This document shows positions 18,773 through 28,882 of a stretch of 32,000 nt of DNA, in pieces. The first letter of the stretch is position 1, and the number at the start of each line of letters is the position of its first letter. This DNA comes from Prochlorococcus sp. MIT 0801 (GTDB lineage: Bacteria > Cyanobacteriota > Cyanobacteriia > PCC-6307 > Cyanobiaceae). The position numbers were made by a program, and so were the translations under genes. Under the pieces are notes generated by a model. It ran no database searches. It saw only the letters and a list, made by a program, of their open reading frames with translations, and was not told the DNA's origin. The DNA is taken from positions 180,001 through 212,000 of the forward strand of contig NZ_CP007754.1 in NCBI RefSeq assembly GCF_000757865.1, written 5' to 3'.

Positions 18773-18858
18773 TTAACAACTTTAGTGATTAAGACCACCC
18801 AACAAGGGTTTAGGTCGTTAAATTTGCAGTATATATTTTGGTTTGTTGTTTTAAATTC

Positions 18859-19206
18859 ATGAGCGATACTATTCTCAAATGCACAACGAGACATGTCAGA
18901 ATATTTACTGCAGTAGTCGAAAATAATGATTTAATTTTAGATAATGGGCATTTGACTTTAGATATTGATCCCGATAATGAATTTCTTTGGAGCGATCAAT
19001 CTATAAAAAAGGTTCAAGATTATTTTCGTGAATTAGTGGACTTGCAAGCCGATAAAGAATTAAGTGATTACAGCTTGAGAAGAATAGGATCCTTGCTTGA
19101 AGATTTTATTAGAAAGTTGCTTAAAGACGGAGAACTTAGTTATAACCCAAGCAGTAAGGTAATGAACTATTCCATGGGATTACCTCGAACTAAAGACTTA
19201 TTATGA
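18859..19206 (+). CDS. ndhM: NDH-1 subunit M
   Basis: [18 protein letters not shown]...[12 protein letters not shown] matches NdhM. I prefer the ATG at 18859 to the ORF-track TTG at 18838, which would add 7 residues. Confidence 0.88.
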   Translation: MSDTILKCTTRHVRIFTAVVENNDLILDNGHLTLDIDPDNEFLWSDQSIKKVQDYFRELVDLQADKELSDYSLRRIGSLLEDFIRKLLKDGELSYNPSSKVMNYSMGLPRTKDLL

Positions 19207-19868
19207 ATCAAGGTCCTAATAATCGAAGACCATCATCTCGTAGAAGATCAGATTTAGCGAGAAGAAAAGAAGGGAACAGATTTAACTCTAGAAGAGATTC
19301 AAATGTTAGAGATCAATATGTATCAAGAGATAGTCGATTTAAATCTTCAGGTCCCTCAGATGGAGGTGGAGGCAGTGGTGGTATAAAAATCAACTCTAAT
19401 ACAATTGCTATTTTGGCTGGAGTATTGGTAATTGGCGTGGGTATAGGAAGCCTAATCACAAGCACAACTTCAGGTGGCCAGGGAAATATTGCAAGTCAGC
19501 AACAACTAGATATGGCAGTTCCGGATCCCGACTTTTGCAGACAATACGGTGCAAGTGCCTTTGTTATCGATGTTGAAATGTACACGACCCTAAACCCCTC
19601 TACAAGCTTTGTGACACAACCTGCTCTTCAACCAGGTTGTGTCATTAGAAGAGAAAATTGGACTGTTTTGCAAAAGCAAGGAGCTATAAATAATGAAGAT
19701 GTTAGAGAATGCAAGCAGAGAATGAATACATTTGCCTATATAGGTTCAATTAGAGACCAGCCAATTGTGCGTTGTGTTTATCAAGCAGATGTTAATGAAA
19801 ATAAATTTATAATTAGAGGTGCTGAAGAAGATGCTGTTGGTATCAATAAAGAGGCTATACAATTTTAA
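19203..19868 (+). CDS. Conserved uncharacterised membrane-anchored protein (recalled as DUF3172-like)
   Basis: Arg/Ser-rich N-terminus, Gly run, one TM helix ([18 protein letters not shown]), then a roughly 130-aa domain with 4 Cys. The ATG overlaps the ndhM stop (ATGA at 19203-19206). Confidence 0.7.
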   Translation: MNQGPNNRRPSSRRRSDLARRKEGNRFNSRRDSNVRDQYVSRDSRFKSSGPSDGGGGSGGIKINSNTIAILAGVLVIGVGIGSLITSTTSGGQGNIASQQQLDMAVPDPDFCRQYGASAFVIDVEMYTTLNPSTSFVTQPALQPGCVIRRENWTVLQKQGAINNEDVRECKQRMNTFAYIGSIRDQPIVRCVYQADVNENKFIIRGAEEDAVGINKEAIQF

Positions 19869-20815
19869 TTTTGAGGAATAAATAGTGGCGAAAATGAACT
19901 AGCAAATAAAGGCAATATGTCTTGTGTGAAGGCTTCGGCAGCTCTAGATGAATATCTGCCAGGATTGGTGATTACTTTTAGTTCTCTTTTGACTTCTAGA
20001 TCTGCAACAATTGGTCTATGAATACTTCCTCCGGATAATTCTCTTTCAATTGACACTATGGGGAGAAAAGCTGCGCCTAGATCAGATTGAACAGCATTTT
20101 TTATGGCTTCAAGAGAGTTTAATTCCATTTCTATATGTAACCTCTGGACGTCCAATCCAGAAGAGACCAAGAGTTGATCTAAGACTTTTCTTGTGGTTGA
20201 TTGATTGTCTAAGGTAATAAACCTAAGACTATAAAGATCTTCTTTTGTGAGTTCTTTTGACTTCGATAATGCATGATTAGTCGGTAAAACAAGAGCTAAC
20301 TCATCAGTTGCAAAAGGAATAACTTCTAGGGATTCATTTAACTCTAGTGGAAGTTGGCCTCCGATGATAGCAATATCTATTTGGCCATTCGCAACACTCC
20401 ATCCTGTTCTTCTAGTGCTATGAATTTGAAGTTGAACTGAAACTTCTGGGTACTTTTGTCTAAAAAGTCCAATCATCCTTGGCATCAAGTAAGTACCAGT
20501 AGTTTGACTAGCTCCAATAGTGATAGATCCCCCTTTGAGATTATTTAAATCTTCAACTGCTTTGCAAGTTTCTTGGCATTCCCCTAAAATTTTCTCACAG
20601 TAATTTAGAAGAAGCTTTCCAGCTTCAGTTAGTTGGGCTTTCCTTCCACCTCTGTCAAATATGGCAATATCTAGTTGTTTTTCTAGATTTTGGACTTGCA
20701 AACTTACAGCCGGTTGCGTAACAAAGAGACTGTCAGCAGCTTTTTTAAAGCTCCCCTCATCAACGATTGCTTTAAGGATTCTTAACTGATCAAGAGTGAA
20801 TGGGATCTCAACCAT
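19865..20815 (-). CDS. rbcR: LysR-type transcriptional regulator, RbcR/Ycf30 (CbbR) family
   Basis: N-terminal [43 protein letters not shown] plus a LysR substrate-binding domain, 316 aa. The subfamily call (RbcR vs NdhR/CmpR) is uncertain. Confidence 0.8.
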   Translation of the reverse strand: MVEIPFTLDQLRILKAIVDEGSFKKAADSLFVTQPAVSLQVQNLEKQLDIAIFDRGGRKAQLTEAGKLLLNYCEKILGECQETCKAVEDLNNLKGGSITIGASQTTGTYLMPRMIGLFRQKYPEVSVQLQIHSTRRTGWSVANGQIDIAIIGGQLPLELNESLEVIPFATDELALVLPTNHALSKSKELTKEDLYSLRFITLDNQSTTRKVLDQLLVSSGLDVQRLHIEMELNSLEAIKNAVQSDLGAAFLPIVSIERELSGGSIHRPIVADLEVKRELKVITNPGRYSSRAAEAFTQDILPLFASSFSPLFIPQN

Positions 20816-20923
20816 GGTGGCAGGCCTTCATGGCAGTTATTAAAATAAAATGTAGGGAAAAACAACTCCAACTGTTGATCCGGTATGGATCTAATAATTT
20901 ATTAAGAGGTTTTTATACGACTA

Positions 20924-21670
20924 ATGACACTTTCAGATACTCATGGTTCCAGTTTTGTGATGATATTACTTTTATTTTGTTTTGCTGTTATTCATAGTGG
21001 TGGAGCGGCTTTAAGGGTGAAAGCAGAAGAGGTGATTGGAGCAAGAGCATGGAGATTGATTTTTGCTTTTGTAAGTATTCCTTCAGCTGTCATTTTGGTT
21101 GGTTACTTTATTGCTCATCGTTACGATGGAGTGAGATTTTGGAACTTTCAAGGGATTAGCGAACTAATTCCTGTGATTTGGATATTAAGTGCAGTTAGTT
21201 TTCTTTTTTTGTACCCAGCTACTTATAACCTTTTAGAAATCCCGGCTGTCTTAAAGCCCAAAGTAAGAATTTACGCATCAGGAATTATTAGAGTAACTCG
21301 CCATCCCCAGGCAATTGGTCAAATTATTTGGTGCTTTGCACATTTACTTTGGATTGGCACAAGTTTTATGCTTGTAACTTGTATGGGATTGATTGCCCAC
21401 CATTTATTTGCTATCTGGCATGGTGATAAAAGACTTACTCTCAGATTCGGAAAAGAATTTGATGAAATCAAGAAAAAAACATCAGTCGTGCCTTTCCTGG
21501 CAGTGTTGGATGGACGACAAAAATTACAAATAAAAGAATTTCTTAGGCCCTCTCAAATGGGGATTCTTATTGCAGTATTTTTTTTCTGGTGGTCCCATAA
21601 ATTTATTTCTGTTGGAGCTCAGAGATTTCTCTCTTTTGATTTAACTGAATTACTAGCAAGAATTGCCTAA
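20924..21670 (+). CDS. NnrU-family integral membrane protein, candidate 15-cis-zeta-carotene isomerase (Z-ISO) homologue
   Basis: About 6 predicted TM helices and the NnrU-type motif VTRHPQAIGQIIWCFAHLLW, which includes His/Cys candidates for haem ligation. It ends 25 nt before ndhF. Confidence 0.7.
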   Translation: MTLSDTHGSSFVMILLLFCFAVIHSGGAALRVKAEEVIGARAWRLIFAFVSIPSAVILVGYFIAHRYDGVRFWNFQGISELIPVIWILSAVSFLFLYPATYNLLEIPAVLKPKVRIYASGIIRVTRHPQAIGQIIWCFAHLLWIGTSFMLVTCMGLIAHHLFAIWHGDKRLTLRFGKEFDEIKKKTSVVPFLAVLDGRQKLQIKEFLRPSQMGILIAVFFFWWSHKFISVGAQRFLSFDLTELLARIA

Positions 21671-21695
21671 GCTTATTTCAATATGATTTAGCTGG

Positions 21696-23702
21696 ATGCA
21701 CTCGGCTGCAGATTTTGCTTGGTTAATTCCACTTCTTCCTCTTTGTGGGGCAGTTTTGATTGGGTTGGGATTAATTAGTTTTAACGATCTTTTTAATCGT
21801 TCAAGGAAACCCGTTGCAATAACCCTTTTGACTTCCGTAGGTGCTTCGGCATTTATTAGCTATGCAGTTTTAGCTGAACAACTCTCAGGTCAGCCTCCAG
21901 TTGAACACTTGTTTATTTGGGCAAGTGCAGGCTCATTTGAGTTGCCAATGGGATATGTGATTGATCCTCTAGCTGCAGTGATGCTCGCTCTTGTAACTAC
22001 AATTGCTTTCTTGGTAATGATTTATTCCCATGGTTATATGGCGCATGATCCTGGGTATGTTCGTTTTTTTACTTATCTAGCTTTATTCAGCAGCTCAATG
22101 CTTGGCCTAATTGTTAGTCCAAATTTGCTTGAAATATACGTTTTCTGGGAATTGGTTGGTATGTGTTCATATTTATTAGTTGGCTTTTGGTATGACAGAG
22201 ACGGTGCTGCCCATGCAGCTCAAAAGGCTTTTATTGTAAATAGAGTGGGTGACTTTGGCTTGTTGCTTGGTATTTTGGGTCTTTTTTGGGCAACAGGTAG
22301 TTTTGATTTTCATGGCATCGCTGATGGTTTATCAGTGGCAGTTGATTCTGGGACAGTACCAATGTGGGCGGCCTTGACTCTTTGCATACTTGTTTTTATG
22401 GGGCCCATGGCTAAGTCTGCACAATTTCCTTTGCATGTTTGGTTGCCCGATGCAATGGAAGGCCCAACCCCCATATCTGCGCTGATCCATGCAGCAACAA
22501 TGGTTGCTGCGGGAGTTTTTTTAGTAGCAAGGCTTGATCCTTTGTTTAGCCAGTTCCCTTTCGTTGGATTATTTATTGCAATTATTGGAACTGTCACTTG
22601 TTTCCTAGGTGCATCGATCGCCTTGACTCAAATGGACTTAAAAAAAGGTTTGGCTTATAGCACAGTTTCTCAACTTGGATACATGATGCTTGCGATGGGA
22701 TGTGGTGCACCAGTTGCAGGAATGTTCCACCTTGTCACTCATGCTTGTTTTAAGGCCATGTTATTCCTTGGTTCAGGCTCAGTTATTCATGCCATGGAGG
22801 AAGTCGTTGGTCATGAACCAATTCTTGCTCAAGACATGCGATTAATGGGGGGCCTACGTAAAAAAATGCCTATTACAGCAATAACTTTTTTCATTGGTTG
22901 CATTGCTATAAGTGGCATACCTCCTCTCGCAGGTTTTTGGAGTAAAGATGAAATTCTTGGTCAAGCCTTTAATGCTTTTCCAATTCTTTGGTTTATTGGT
23001 TTTCTAACGGCAGGAATGACAGCTTTCTACATGTTTAGGCTTTATTTTCTAACTTTTGAGGGAGACTTTCGTGGCGAAAATAAAGAGATGCAGCTTTCAT
23101 TGCTTTCTTTAGCAGGTAAAGAGAAAGATGAAGATCATGAAGATCATAAAATTGGCAAAATACATGAATCTGCTTGGCCCATGACATTTCCCTTGGCAGT
23201 TTTGGCAATTCCTTCTGTCTTGATTGGATTTATAGGTGTTCCCTGGAACAGTATTTTTGCAAACTTGTTAGATCCTGTGGAAGCTGTTGAAGCTGCAGAA
23301 AAGTTTAGTTGGGGAGAATTCCTTCCACTTGCAATTGCCTCTGTCGCAATCTCATCTGCAGGGATATTATTGGCTGTATTAACTTATTATTTAAAAAGAC
23401 TTGATCTTGGTGTTTCTCTATCCAAGAAGTACCCTCAAATTAATTCATTTCTTCAGGAAAAATGGTACTTAGATGATATTAATGAGAAAATTTTTGTAAA
23501 AGGCAGTAGAAAACTCGCAAGAGAAGTACTAGAAGTAGACGCAAAAGTAGTTGATGGAGTTGTCAATCTGACAGGATTATTGACTCTTGGTAGTGGAGAA
23601 GGTCTTAAATATTTTGAGACAGGAAGAGCTCAGTTTTACGCATTGATTGTTTTTGGAGGAGTAATTGCTCTGGTTGCACTTTTTGGAGTTATCGGTGCAT
23701 GA
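21696..23702 (+). CDS. ndhF: NDH-1 subunit F (chain 5)
   Basis: AWLIPLLPL...GYMAHDPGYVRFF...KSAQFPLHVWLPDAMEGPTPISALIHAATMV; 668 aa antiporter-like subunit. Confidence 0.95.
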   Translation: MHSAADFAWLIPLLPLCGAVLIGLGLISFNDLFNRSRKPVAITLLTSVGASAFISYAVLAEQLSGQPPVEHLFIWASAGSFELPMGYVIDPLAAVMLALVTTIAFLVMIYSHGYMAHDPGYVRFFTYLALFSSSMLGLIVSPNLLEIYVFWELVGMCSYLLVGFWYDRDGAAHAAQKAFIVNRVGDFGLLLGILGLFWATGSFDFHGIADGLSVAVDSGTVPMWAALTLCILVFMGPMAKSAQFPLHVWLPDAMEGPTPISALIHAATMVAAGVFLVARLDPLFSQFPFVGLFIAIIGTVTCFLGASIALTQMDLKKGLAYSTVSQLGYMMLAMGCGAPVAGMFHLVTHACFKAMLFLGSGSVIHAMEEVVGHEPILAQDMRLMGGLRKKMPITAITFFIGCIAISGIPPLAGFWSKDEILGQAFNAFPILWFIGFLTAGMTAFYMFRLYFLTFEGDFRGENKEMQLSLLSLAGKEKDEDHEDHKIGKIHESAWPMTFPLAVLAIPSVLIGFIGVPWNSIFANLLDPVEAVEAAEKFSWGEFLPLAIASVAISSAGILLAVLTYYLKRLDLGVSLSKKYPQINSFLQEKWYLDDINEKIFVKGSRKLAREVLEVDAKVVDGVVNLTGLLTLGSGEGLKYFETGRAQFYALIVFGGVIALVALFGVIGA

Positions 23703-23842
23703 TTTTTACATAATTTTTTTAGGTGTGTGTTTCATCCCCTATCTAGAGGGTGCCAATAATCTCATAATTTCTAAACTCAAAAAGTGGTGATTAATTTCGA
23801 GTCTTGGAATTCGCTCTCAATACAAGTTTGAACCTAGGAACA

Positions 23843-25459
23843 ATGTTAATTTCTGAGCCAATTCAAGCCGATTTCCCTTGGTTAAGTTTATCCATATTGT
23901 TTCCCATTGTTGGAGCATTGATTGTTCCTTTTATTCCAGATAGAGGAGAGGGGAAAGAAGTTCGATGGTATGCACTAATAATTGCTTTAATTACTTTTCT
24001 AATTACTGTCGCTGCTTACTTCAAAGGCTTTGATCCAAGTCAAGAAGGCCTGCAATTATATGAAAAAGTTAGCTGGCTTCCTGATCTTGGATTGACTTGG
24101 TCTGTTGGCGCAGATGGCTTATCAATGCCATTGATATTGCTTACAAGCTTTATAACTTCTCTTGCCGTTTTGGCGGCATGGCCAGTTAGCTATAAGCCAA
24201 AATTATTTTTCTTTTTAATTCTCGCCATGGATGGCGGCCAGATAGCTGTCTTTGCAGTTCAAGATATGTTGCTTTTCTTTCTCGCTTGGGAATTGGAGTT
24301 GTTCCCCGTTTATTTATTCCTTGCAATCTGGGGCGGAAAGAAGAGGCAATATGCGGCGACCAAATTTATTATCTATACAGCAGGAAGCTCGTTATTTATT
24401 CTCCTTGCTGGTCTTGCGATGGGTTTCTTTCAAGGAGGAGGGGTACCAGATTTCGGTTATACCCATTTGGCTCAGCAAGATTTTGGGAGGGGTTTTCAAC
24501 TGCTTTGTTATTCAGGCTTGTTAATAGCATTTGGGGTCAAACTTCCTATTGTTCCTCTACATACTTGGTTGCCCGATGCCCATGGAGAGGCCACTGCTCC
24601 AGTACATATGCTTTTAGCAGGCATCTTGTTAAAGATGGGTGGATATGCTCTCCTTAGATTTAATGCACAATTACTGCCAGATGCTCATGCTCAATTTGCT
24701 CCATTGTTAATTGTATTGGGAGTAGTAAATATTATTTATGCAGCTTTAACTTCTTTTGCTCAAAGAAATTTAAAAAGAAAAATTGCCTACAGCTCAATAA
24801 GTCATATGGGTTTTGTCTTAATAGGTATTGGAAGCTTTAGCTCTTTAGGTACTAGTGGTGCAATGTTGCAAATGGTTAGCCACGGCTTAATAGGAGCAAG
24901 CTTGTTTTTCCTCGTTGGTGCAACTTACGACAGAACTCACACCCTTCAATTAGATGAAATGGGTGGTATTGGTCAAAATATGAGGATTATGTTTGCTTTA
25001 TGGACAGCATGTGCTTTCGCTTCTCTTGCTTTACCTGGAATGAGTGGGTTTATCTCAGAATTAATGGTTTTTGTTGGGTTCGTAACAGATGAAGTTTATA
25101 CTCTCCCATTTAGGATTGTTGTTGCTTCATTAGCAGCAATTGGAGTCATTTTGACACCTATATATTTATTATCGATGCTCAGAGAAATCTTCTTCGGTAA
25201 AGAGAATGCAAAGTTAATATCTAAAGCAAAGTTAGTAGATGCTGAACCTAGAGAGATCTATATTATTGCTTGTTTATTAGTTCCCATTATTGGAATTGGT
25301 TTGTATCCAAAAATTATGACTGATACTTATATTTCATCAATTGATGGATTGGTTAAAAGAGATTTGTTAGCCGTTGAGAGAATTAGAAGTGATCGAGCAA
25401 CAATTATTAGCAATACAAACTTATCAATTGGGACTATTGAAGCGCCTCTTTTAGATTGA
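23843..25459 (+). CDS. ndhD: NDH-1 subunit D (chain 4)
   Basis: [15 protein letters not shown]...[36 protein letters not shown] prefer the ATG at 23843 (AGGAAC 5 nt upstream) to the ORF-track TTG at 23804, but either is possible. Confidence 0.93.
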   Translation: MLISEPIQADFPWLSLSILFPIVGALIVPFIPDRGEGKEVRWYALIIALITFLITVAAYFKGFDPSQEGLQLYEKVSWLPDLGLTWSVGADGLSMPLILLTSFITSLAVLAAWPVSYKPKLFFFLILAMDGGQIAVFAVQDMLLFFLAWELELFPVYLFLAIWGGKKRQYAATKFIIYTAGSSLFILLAGLAMGFFQGGGVPDFGYTHLAQQDFGRGFQLLCYSGLLIAFGVKLPIVPLHTWLPDAHGEATAPVHMLLAGILLKMGGYALLRFNAQLLPDAHAQFAPLLIVLGVVNIIYAALTSFAQRNLKRKIAYSSISHMGFVLIGIGSFSSLGTSGAMLQMVSHGLIGASLFFLVGATYDRTHTLQLDEMGGIGQNMRIMFALWTACAFASLALPGMSGFISELMVFVGFVTDEVYTLPFRIVVASLAAIGVILTPIYLLSMLREIFFGKENAKLISKAKLVDAEPREIYIIACLLVPIIGIGLYPKIMTDTYISSIDGLVKRDLLAVERIRSDRATIISNTNLSIGTIEAPLLD

Positions 25460-25523
25460 AAATTATTTCACCTGGCATTACATCCAATATAGAGATAACT
25501 TGCTTATAGATTAATAGTGCTAA

Positions 25524-26417
25524 TTGCCAGTTGATTTCTTAACTCAATCTGCAGATTCTGGCGCGAGACTTGCTATTCGCTTATTGCAAGATGCTGCTGA
25601 AAGAGGAGATATAGATCCTTGGGATGTGGATGTTATTCCAGTTGTAGATGGTTTTTTGGACCAACTTAAACAGCGTATTGAAATTCCAAAAAAGATTTCA
25701 CAACATTTCAGCCAAAATGGTGGAAGTTATGAGGTTGATCTGGCTCAGAGTAGTGAGGCCTTTTTAGCGGCTTCTGTTTTGGTTGGTTTAAAGGCGGAGG
25801 TCCTTGAAGCTGAAATGTTCACCGTTGATATGGAAGTTGAAGCTGATTCAGACTTCGATTTTGGTGAACAGGGTTGGCTAGATGACAGTTTCCAATTACC
25901 TCTTCGACCAGAGAGACATCTTTTTAGAAGGCCAGTTGCACCTCCTCCATTTAGAAGGCCAGTTACTCTTGGAGAATTAATAAATCAGCTTGAGACAATT
26001 GCCGAATCTTTGAAAAATGATGATTTGAATAATCGTAGAAAGTTACGACAAAAAAAATTAAGTAATAGGGAGGTTATTGCTCAGGTTTCATCTCTTGCTC
26101 ATCGAGAAAAATTGCCTGAAACCACTGCTGCGCTAGCGATTTTCATAAATAAGTGGGAGCAAGCTTTGCATTGGGTTGATTTTGAATTATTAGTTGAGAG
26201 TTGGAAAGAAAATTCGGCCTCAGATGATTTGGATACAGATAGAGTAGGGGTCTTTTGGGCTTTATTATTTTTATGCTCTCAGGGCAAGGTGGAGATTGTT
26301 CAAAAAGGTTCTTTGTTCTCTCCTATAAGTCTAAAGAGGCTTTTGCAACCAGGAATGGTTGCTCAACTTCCCATCGCTTCTCTAGACGTGACAGATGTCT
26401 CGCCGGCTGCTGCTTAG
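25524..26417 (+). CDS. scpA: Segregation and condensation protein A (kleisin ScpA)-like
   Basis: The N-terminal block LAIRLLQDAAERGDIDPWDVDVIPVVDGFL resembles cyanobacterial ScpA. An acidic linker and a C-terminal winged-helix-like region follow. TTG start. Confidence 0.65.
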   Translation: MPVDFLTQSADSGARLAIRLLQDAAERGDIDPWDVDVIPVVDGFLDQLKQRIEIPKKISQHFSQNGGSYEVDLAQSSEAFLAASVLVGLKAEVLEAEMFTVDMEVEADSDFDFGEQGWLDDSFQLPLRPERHLFRRPVAPPPFRRPVTLGELINQLETIAESLKNDDLNNRRKLRQKKLSNREVIAQVSSLAHREKLPETTAALAIFINKWEQALHWVDFELLVESWKENSASDDLDTDRVGVFWALLFLCSQGKVEIVQKGSLFSPISLKRLLQPGMVAQLPIASLDVTDVSPAAA

Positions 26418-26472
26418 CTCTTTGTGGAGGCAGCATTCTATGTTGGCATTGTTCAGATAGATTAAACCGCCT

Positions 26473-27651
26473 ATGAAGGCGATGATCCTGGCCGCTGGTA
26501 AAGGAACCCGAGTTCAGCCGATCACACATGTGATTCCAAAGCCAATGATTCCTATCCTTCAGAAACCTGTAATGGAGTTTCTGTTGGAACTTCTCAAGGA
26601 GCACGGTTTTACTGAGGTTATGGTCAATGTTTCACATCTAGCAGAGGAAATAGAAAATTATTTCCGAGATGGACAAAGATTTGGAGTTGAAATTGCATAT
26701 AGCTTTGAAGGTCGTATTGAAGACGGAGAATTAATTGGTGATGCACTTGGATCCGCGGGCGGGCTGAAAAAGATTCAAGATTTTCAAAAGTTTTTTGATG
26801 ATACTTTTGTCGTCTTGTGTGGTGATGCACTAATTGATTTGGATTTATCTGAAGCAGTAAAACGACATAAAGAAAAAGGTGCATTGGCTAGTTTGATAAC
26901 TAAACGTGTCTCAAAAGATCAAGTAAGTAGTTATGGCGTTGTTGTAACTGATGAAGAAGATCGAGTTAAAGCTTTTCAAGAAAAACCTTCTATTGAGAAT
27001 GCTCTAGGCGATAAGATTAATACTGGAATTTATTTATTTGAGCCTGAAATTTTTAATTATATTCCATCTGGAAAACCCTTTGATATTGGCTCAGATTTGT
27101 TTCCAAAATTAGTAGAAGAAGGAGCACCTTTCTATGCTTTAGCCATGGATTTTGAGTGGGTTGATATTGGCAAAGTACCAGATTATTGGAGAGCAATTAG
27201 GAATGTACTTAAAGGTGATGTTAGACAGGTTGAAATACCCGGAAAGCAAGTGAGACCTGGAATCTATACTGGTTTAAATGTTGCAGCTAATTGGGATAAA
27301 ATAAATGTGAAAGGACCAATCTATGTTGGTGGAATGACAAGGATTGAAGATGGTGTAACTATCGTTGGGCCTTCTATGATTGGTCCAAGTTGTTGTATTT
27401 GTGAAGGAGCAACAATTGATAATTCAATAATCTTTGATTATTCATTAATTGGGCCAGGAGTTCAACTTGTGGAGAAGTTAGTCTTTGGTAGATATTGTGT
27501 TGGTAAAGAAGGTGATCACTTTGATTTACAGGAAGCTGCTTTAGATTGGTTGATAACTGATGCCAGAAGACAGGACTTAGGCGAACCGTCACCCCAACAA
27601 AAAGCAATGGCTGAATTATTAGGTACTGATCTGATTGGTTCTACTAATTAA
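26473..27651 (+). CDS. Sugar-1-phosphate nucleotidyltransferase (GMPP/RfbA-like N-domain plus C-terminal left-handed beta-helix)
   Basis: MILAAGKGTRVQP...PKPM signature of NTP_transferase. The C-terminal hexapeptide-like repeats are IEDGVTIVGPSMIGPSCCICEGATIDNSIIFDYSLIGPGV. Sugar specificity cannot be determined from sequence by eye. Confidence 0.85.
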   Translation: MKAMILAAGKGTRVQPITHVIPKPMIPILQKPVMEFLLELLKEHGFTEVMVNVSHLAEEIENYFRDGQRFGVEIAYSFEGRIEDGELIGDALGSAGGLKKIQDFQKFFDDTFVVLCGDALIDLDLSEAVKRHKEKGALASLITKRVSKDQVSSYGVVVTDEEDRVKAFQEKPSIENALGDKINTGIYLFEPEIFNYIPSGKPFDIGSDLFPKLVEEGAPFYALAMDFEWVDIGKVPDYWRAIRNVLKGDVRQVEIPGKQVRPGIYTGLNVAANWDKINVKGPIYVGGMTRIEDGVTIVGPSMIGPSCCICEGATIDNSIIFDYSLIGPGVQLVEKLVFGRYCVGKEGDHFDLQEAALDWLITDARRQDLGEPSPQQKAMAELLGTDLIGSTN

Positions 27652-28525
27652 TATTTGCTCTATCTAAAATCATCGGTATTTGTTGTTCTGCTTTAACGGC
27701 CATAATGTGAACTCCTTGAGCAATACCTAGAAAACTTTTTACTTGCTCAGCAGCAATTGATATGCCTTCATCAATAGGATTTGATGAACTTTCAAGTCTG
27801 GAAATAATTGATTCGGGTATGCATGCTCCTGGTACTACACGATTAATGAATTGTGCATTTTTGGAAGATTTGAGTAGAAAAACCCCAGCTAAAACAGGGA
27901 TTTTCATAGGCTCTGTGATTTCCTTGCAAAATCGTTCAAGTACTTTTGGGTCCATAACCATTTGAGTTTGAAGGAAATTTGCACCCGCGTTTTTTTTGAG
28001 TTCGATTCTCCTTCGTAAGCCATCAAACCCTCTGCAATTTGGATCAGCTGCAGCTCCAGCGAATAAATCAGTTGGGCCATCAGGTAATAAATCAGACACG
28101 GGATCTATTCCTTTGTTAAGTGATGTGACTTGATTAATAAGTTCTATTGAGTTGAAATCTTGAACCGATTTGGCTTGAGATTGGTCTCCTACTCGTACAG
28201 GATCGCCTGTTAAACAGAGGATATTTGTTATCCCTAGAGCATGTGCTCCTAGTAATTCAGCTTGTAATGCGATTCGATTCCTATCCCTACATGATAATTG
28301 TAAGACTGGTTCAAGATTCGCCTCTAAAAGCAGCTTGCATAGGGCTAGGCTACTCATTCTCATAATTGCCCTGCTGCCATCTGTAACGTTAAAACCATGC
28401 ACAAGGTCTTTTAATTTGATGGCTTTTGAAAGAGCTAAAGCTGTATTACCTCCTCTAGGAGGCATGATTTCAGCAGTAACAGCTGATAGGCCAGATTCAA
28501 GACGATTTTGAAGTTTAGATTTCAC
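27644..28525 (-). CDS. metF: 5,10-methylenetetrahydrofolate reductase
   Basis: VTAEIMPPRGG, TCRDRN-like SCRDRNR, and LCLTGDP motifs; 293 aa. Confidence 0.88.
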   Translation of the reverse strand: MKSKLQNRLESGLSAVTAEIMPPRGGNTALALSKAIKLKDLVHGFNVTDGSRAIMRMSSLALCKLLLEANLEPVLQLSCRDRNRIALQAELLGAHALGITNILCLTGDPVRVGDQSQAKSVQDFNSIELINQVTSLNKGIDPVSDLLPDGPTDLFAGAAADPNCRGFDGLRRRIELKKNAGANFLQTQMVMDPKVLERFCKEITEPMKIPVLAGVFLLKSSKNAQFINRVVPGACIPESIISRLESSSNPIDEGISIAAEQVKSFLGIAQGVHIMAVKAEQQIPMILDRANIN

Positions 28526-28600
28526 ATGTATTTTTTACTAGATAATTACTATCGGTGATTAAAGGCCCTAATCTAAGTAGTATTAATTAATGAGTTGTGA

Positions 28601-28882
28601 GTGAGGGGAATGTTTACAGGAGAGATCGCTAATTCGTCCCACATGGGACTGTCAGCCAGGGAGATGGAGATCATTGGATTAGTTGCAGATGGCCTGACTA
28701 ATCAGGAGATTGCTGAAAAACTGACAATTAGTAAAAGAACTGTAGACAATCATGTCAGCAATATGTTCACAAAAACAGGTTCGAAAAACAGAGTGGCTTT
28801 GTTGAACTGGGCAATGGATCATGGAAAAATCTGCCGAGATGGATTTAACTGTTGTTCATTGCCAGATGAAACAGATTCTTAG
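28601..28882 (+). CDS. Small stand-alone LuxR/GerE-type HTH regulator, PedR-like
   Basis: LSAREMEIIGLVADGLTNQEIAEKLTISKRTVDNHVSNMFTKTG is a canonical LuxR-type HTH. There is no receiver domain, and the C-terminal tail is Cys-rich (KICRDGFNCCS). Start is uncertain: GTG 28601, ATG 28610 or ATG 28643. Confidence 0.8.
   Translation: MRGMFTGEIANSSHMGLSAREMEIIGLVADGLTNQEIAEKLTISKRTVDNHVSNMFTKTGSKNRVALLNWAMDHGKICRDGFNCCSLPDETDS

Noticed and set aside
18838-18858. TTG-initiated 7-codon extension of ndhM, and the analogous TTG extension of ndhD at 23804-23842
   Set aside because: ATG starts at 18859 and 23843 give N-termini matching the families (MSDTILK...; ML...FPWLSL), and the ndhD ATG has an AGGAAC ribosome-binding site. 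The extensions cannot be formally excluded.
20892-20904. Perfect dyad TAATAA-T-TTATTA (T-N11-A) considered as a LysR (RbcR) operator feature
   Set aside because: It is not listed as a feature. It sits only 20 nt from the NnrU-like ATG, and AT-only palindromes are frequent by chance in AT-rich spacers. It is mentioned only as a testable site.
23130-23147. Tandem 9-nt duplication GAAGATCAT x2 in ndhF, encoding EDHEDH
   Set aside because: This is an in-frame two-copy microduplication in the known hypervariable hydrophilic loop of NdhF. It is probably slippage with no evident functional signal.
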